Below, one piece after another: positions 62,729 through 64,000 of a DNA stretch of 64,000 bases. A model generated the notes under the pieces. The model was not told the DNA's origin and did not search any database. It worked only from the letters and a program-made list of their open reading frames with translations. Location: the NCBI RefSeq assembly GCF_902652985.1, contig NC_047021.1:28644001-28708000 (forward strand), written 5' to 3'. This DNA comes from Pecten maximus (Eukaryota). Each line of letters starts with the position of its first letter. The stretch's first letter is position 1. Both the position numbers and the translations under genes were made by a program.

Positions 62729-63556
62729 ATGATTAATCAATTATCCAGAAAAATGATTGGTTTTGAATCTAGTCCACAATCATCAGTTGAGAGAATGGTT
62801 GAGAGGCAGACAAGAATTGCTATGAGAAAACGAAAAACCCGAAGAGGGAAGAAGAAAAGGGAATTTGGATCGGTCGAAAAATTTCCAGTGAAGTCATGTG
62901 ATGAATCCTATCATATTGATAGTGTAGTTTCCTCTTGCCGATATTGTGCCAAAGAAACTTTAGATATTTGTAATCGGACAAACACTAAATTCTCGAAAGA
63001 AACACGTCGCAACAAGTCCCGCCAAATTCTTAGACCAAGGTATAGTCCGAAAGCGCCACACAACTCGACCCAGTTCATAATGGACGGATATCTGAAAGAT
63101 CAGAGTTTTTACGATCATTTTGATTCACCAGAGTATCCATGCGAGTCTACAAACACGTTACGCGAACTGGAGTATTCGCCCATCAGCAACAGTGATTATG
63201 GTTTGGATACGCTGTTCAGAGACTCTGAAATAATAGATTTTGGTACAGCAACAACGGACACCATGGCTTTTATGGAACAGGATTTCGAAAGTGTCATGAG
63301 AACCGCACAAATGGATGAACTTTCAAACATGTCAAAAGAAGAACTTTTAAAAAGAGTGTTGATCATGGCCGAGAGGGCTGAACATCTGGAAAAAGAACTT
63401 GAGCAATCCAGTAGTGAGAGCAGTTACTTGGGGGATGATGATTCCATGTTAGAAAACAGTGGACAGGGATATTTGTCAAAATTACATGAAGAAAATGTGA
63501 AATTAAAAAGTGAAAATCAATTGTTGAAAGAAATGCTATCAAAAGTTCAAACTTGA
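62729..63556 (+). CDS. HEXIM: HEXIM-family P-TEFb inhibitor-like protein, uninterrupted CDS, 275 aa
   Basis: Basic ARM KRKTRRGKKKR; APHNSTQFIM (cf. APYNTTQFLM); FMEQDFESV..ELSNMSKEELL (cf. FLQRDFSETY..SLQNMSKQELI) followed by coiled coils. Confidence 0.82.
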   Translation: MINQLSRKMIGFESSPQSSVERMVERQTRIAMRKRKTRRGKKKREFGSVEKFPVKSCDESYHIDSVVSSCRYCAKETLDICNRTNTKFSKETRRNKSRQILRPRYSPKAPHNSTQFIMDGYLKDQSFYDHFDSPEYPCESTNTLRELEYSPISNSDYGLDTLFRDSEIIDFGTATTDTMAFMEQDFESVMRTAQMDELSNMSKEELLKRVLIMAERAEHLEKELEQSSSESSYLGDDDSMLENSGQGYLSKLHEENVKLKSENQLLKEMLSKVQT

Positions 63557-64000
63557 GAAAAAATAAGTGAATGACTGAAATAGTGCTCGCATCATTTATA
63601 TGTAAATTGTTTTTAAACCAACATTCAAATTTTAAAAGACTGTTTCTTCCAAAACCAGCATGATCATGTTTGCAAAATAAATAGATTGCGAAGATAAATA
63701 TACTCAGGTTGAATATATTGACAAGGAAATGCAATGTAATTGAAGTGTACATCAATTGTTGGATGATATAGCCCTGTAAATTGTCATGCCAAGCCAAAGT
63801 TTACTTCAGTTTTTAATATGTTCAGTTTTAAATATTAAAAAGAAAATAATTATTTCATCTGCCTGTTTTGTTAATACTTTACTAATTTGGAAGTTTTATT
63901 TTTCAGCGAGGTACAGCTTCACGTGCCTTGAGAGTTGATCGACCTGTTACAGGATCTGGTTGACCTCCCGGTCTAGATCTTGTTTCTTGGGTTTGCGGAT

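Noticed and set aside
63363-63797. 144-aa ORF antisense to the HEXIM 3' end
   Set aside because: TTG start, low-complexity hydrophobic translation of AT-rich DNA, no motifs.

Overview
AT-rich, intron-rich animal genomic DNA. The SINE families and gene content suggest a bivalve mollusc, plausibly a scallop (inference). Three protein-coding genes can be assembled by hand with consistent splice phases. (1) A MET/RON-like receptor tyrosine kinase (Sema-PSI-IPT-TM-kinase, 19 coding exons, + strand 19683-39291, ~1324 aa); as written it has an apparent 1-nt frameshift at the end of coding exon 2 and one GC-AG intron. (2) IFRD1/2 (12 exons, - strand 62135-46700, 424 aa). (3) A HEXIM-like ORF with an uninterrupted CDS (+ strand 62729-63556), head-to-head with IFRD. 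The 5' end of a fourth, minus-strand gene with micro-exons may run off the left edge. The rest is minisatellites, tRNA-derived SINEs, a duplicated LINE 3' end, a decayed Penelope element and palindromic non-autonomous elements. The most interesting cluster is the IFRD/HEXIM locus: a 42-codon uORF whose stop overlaps the IFRD start (TAATG), a 9-copy array of duplicated splice acceptors in IFRD intron 1, a HEXIM with PHNS in place of PYNT, and three alternatively pairable GAUC motifs (7SK-like) downstream of HEXIM. All gene models are manual and untested against transcripts.
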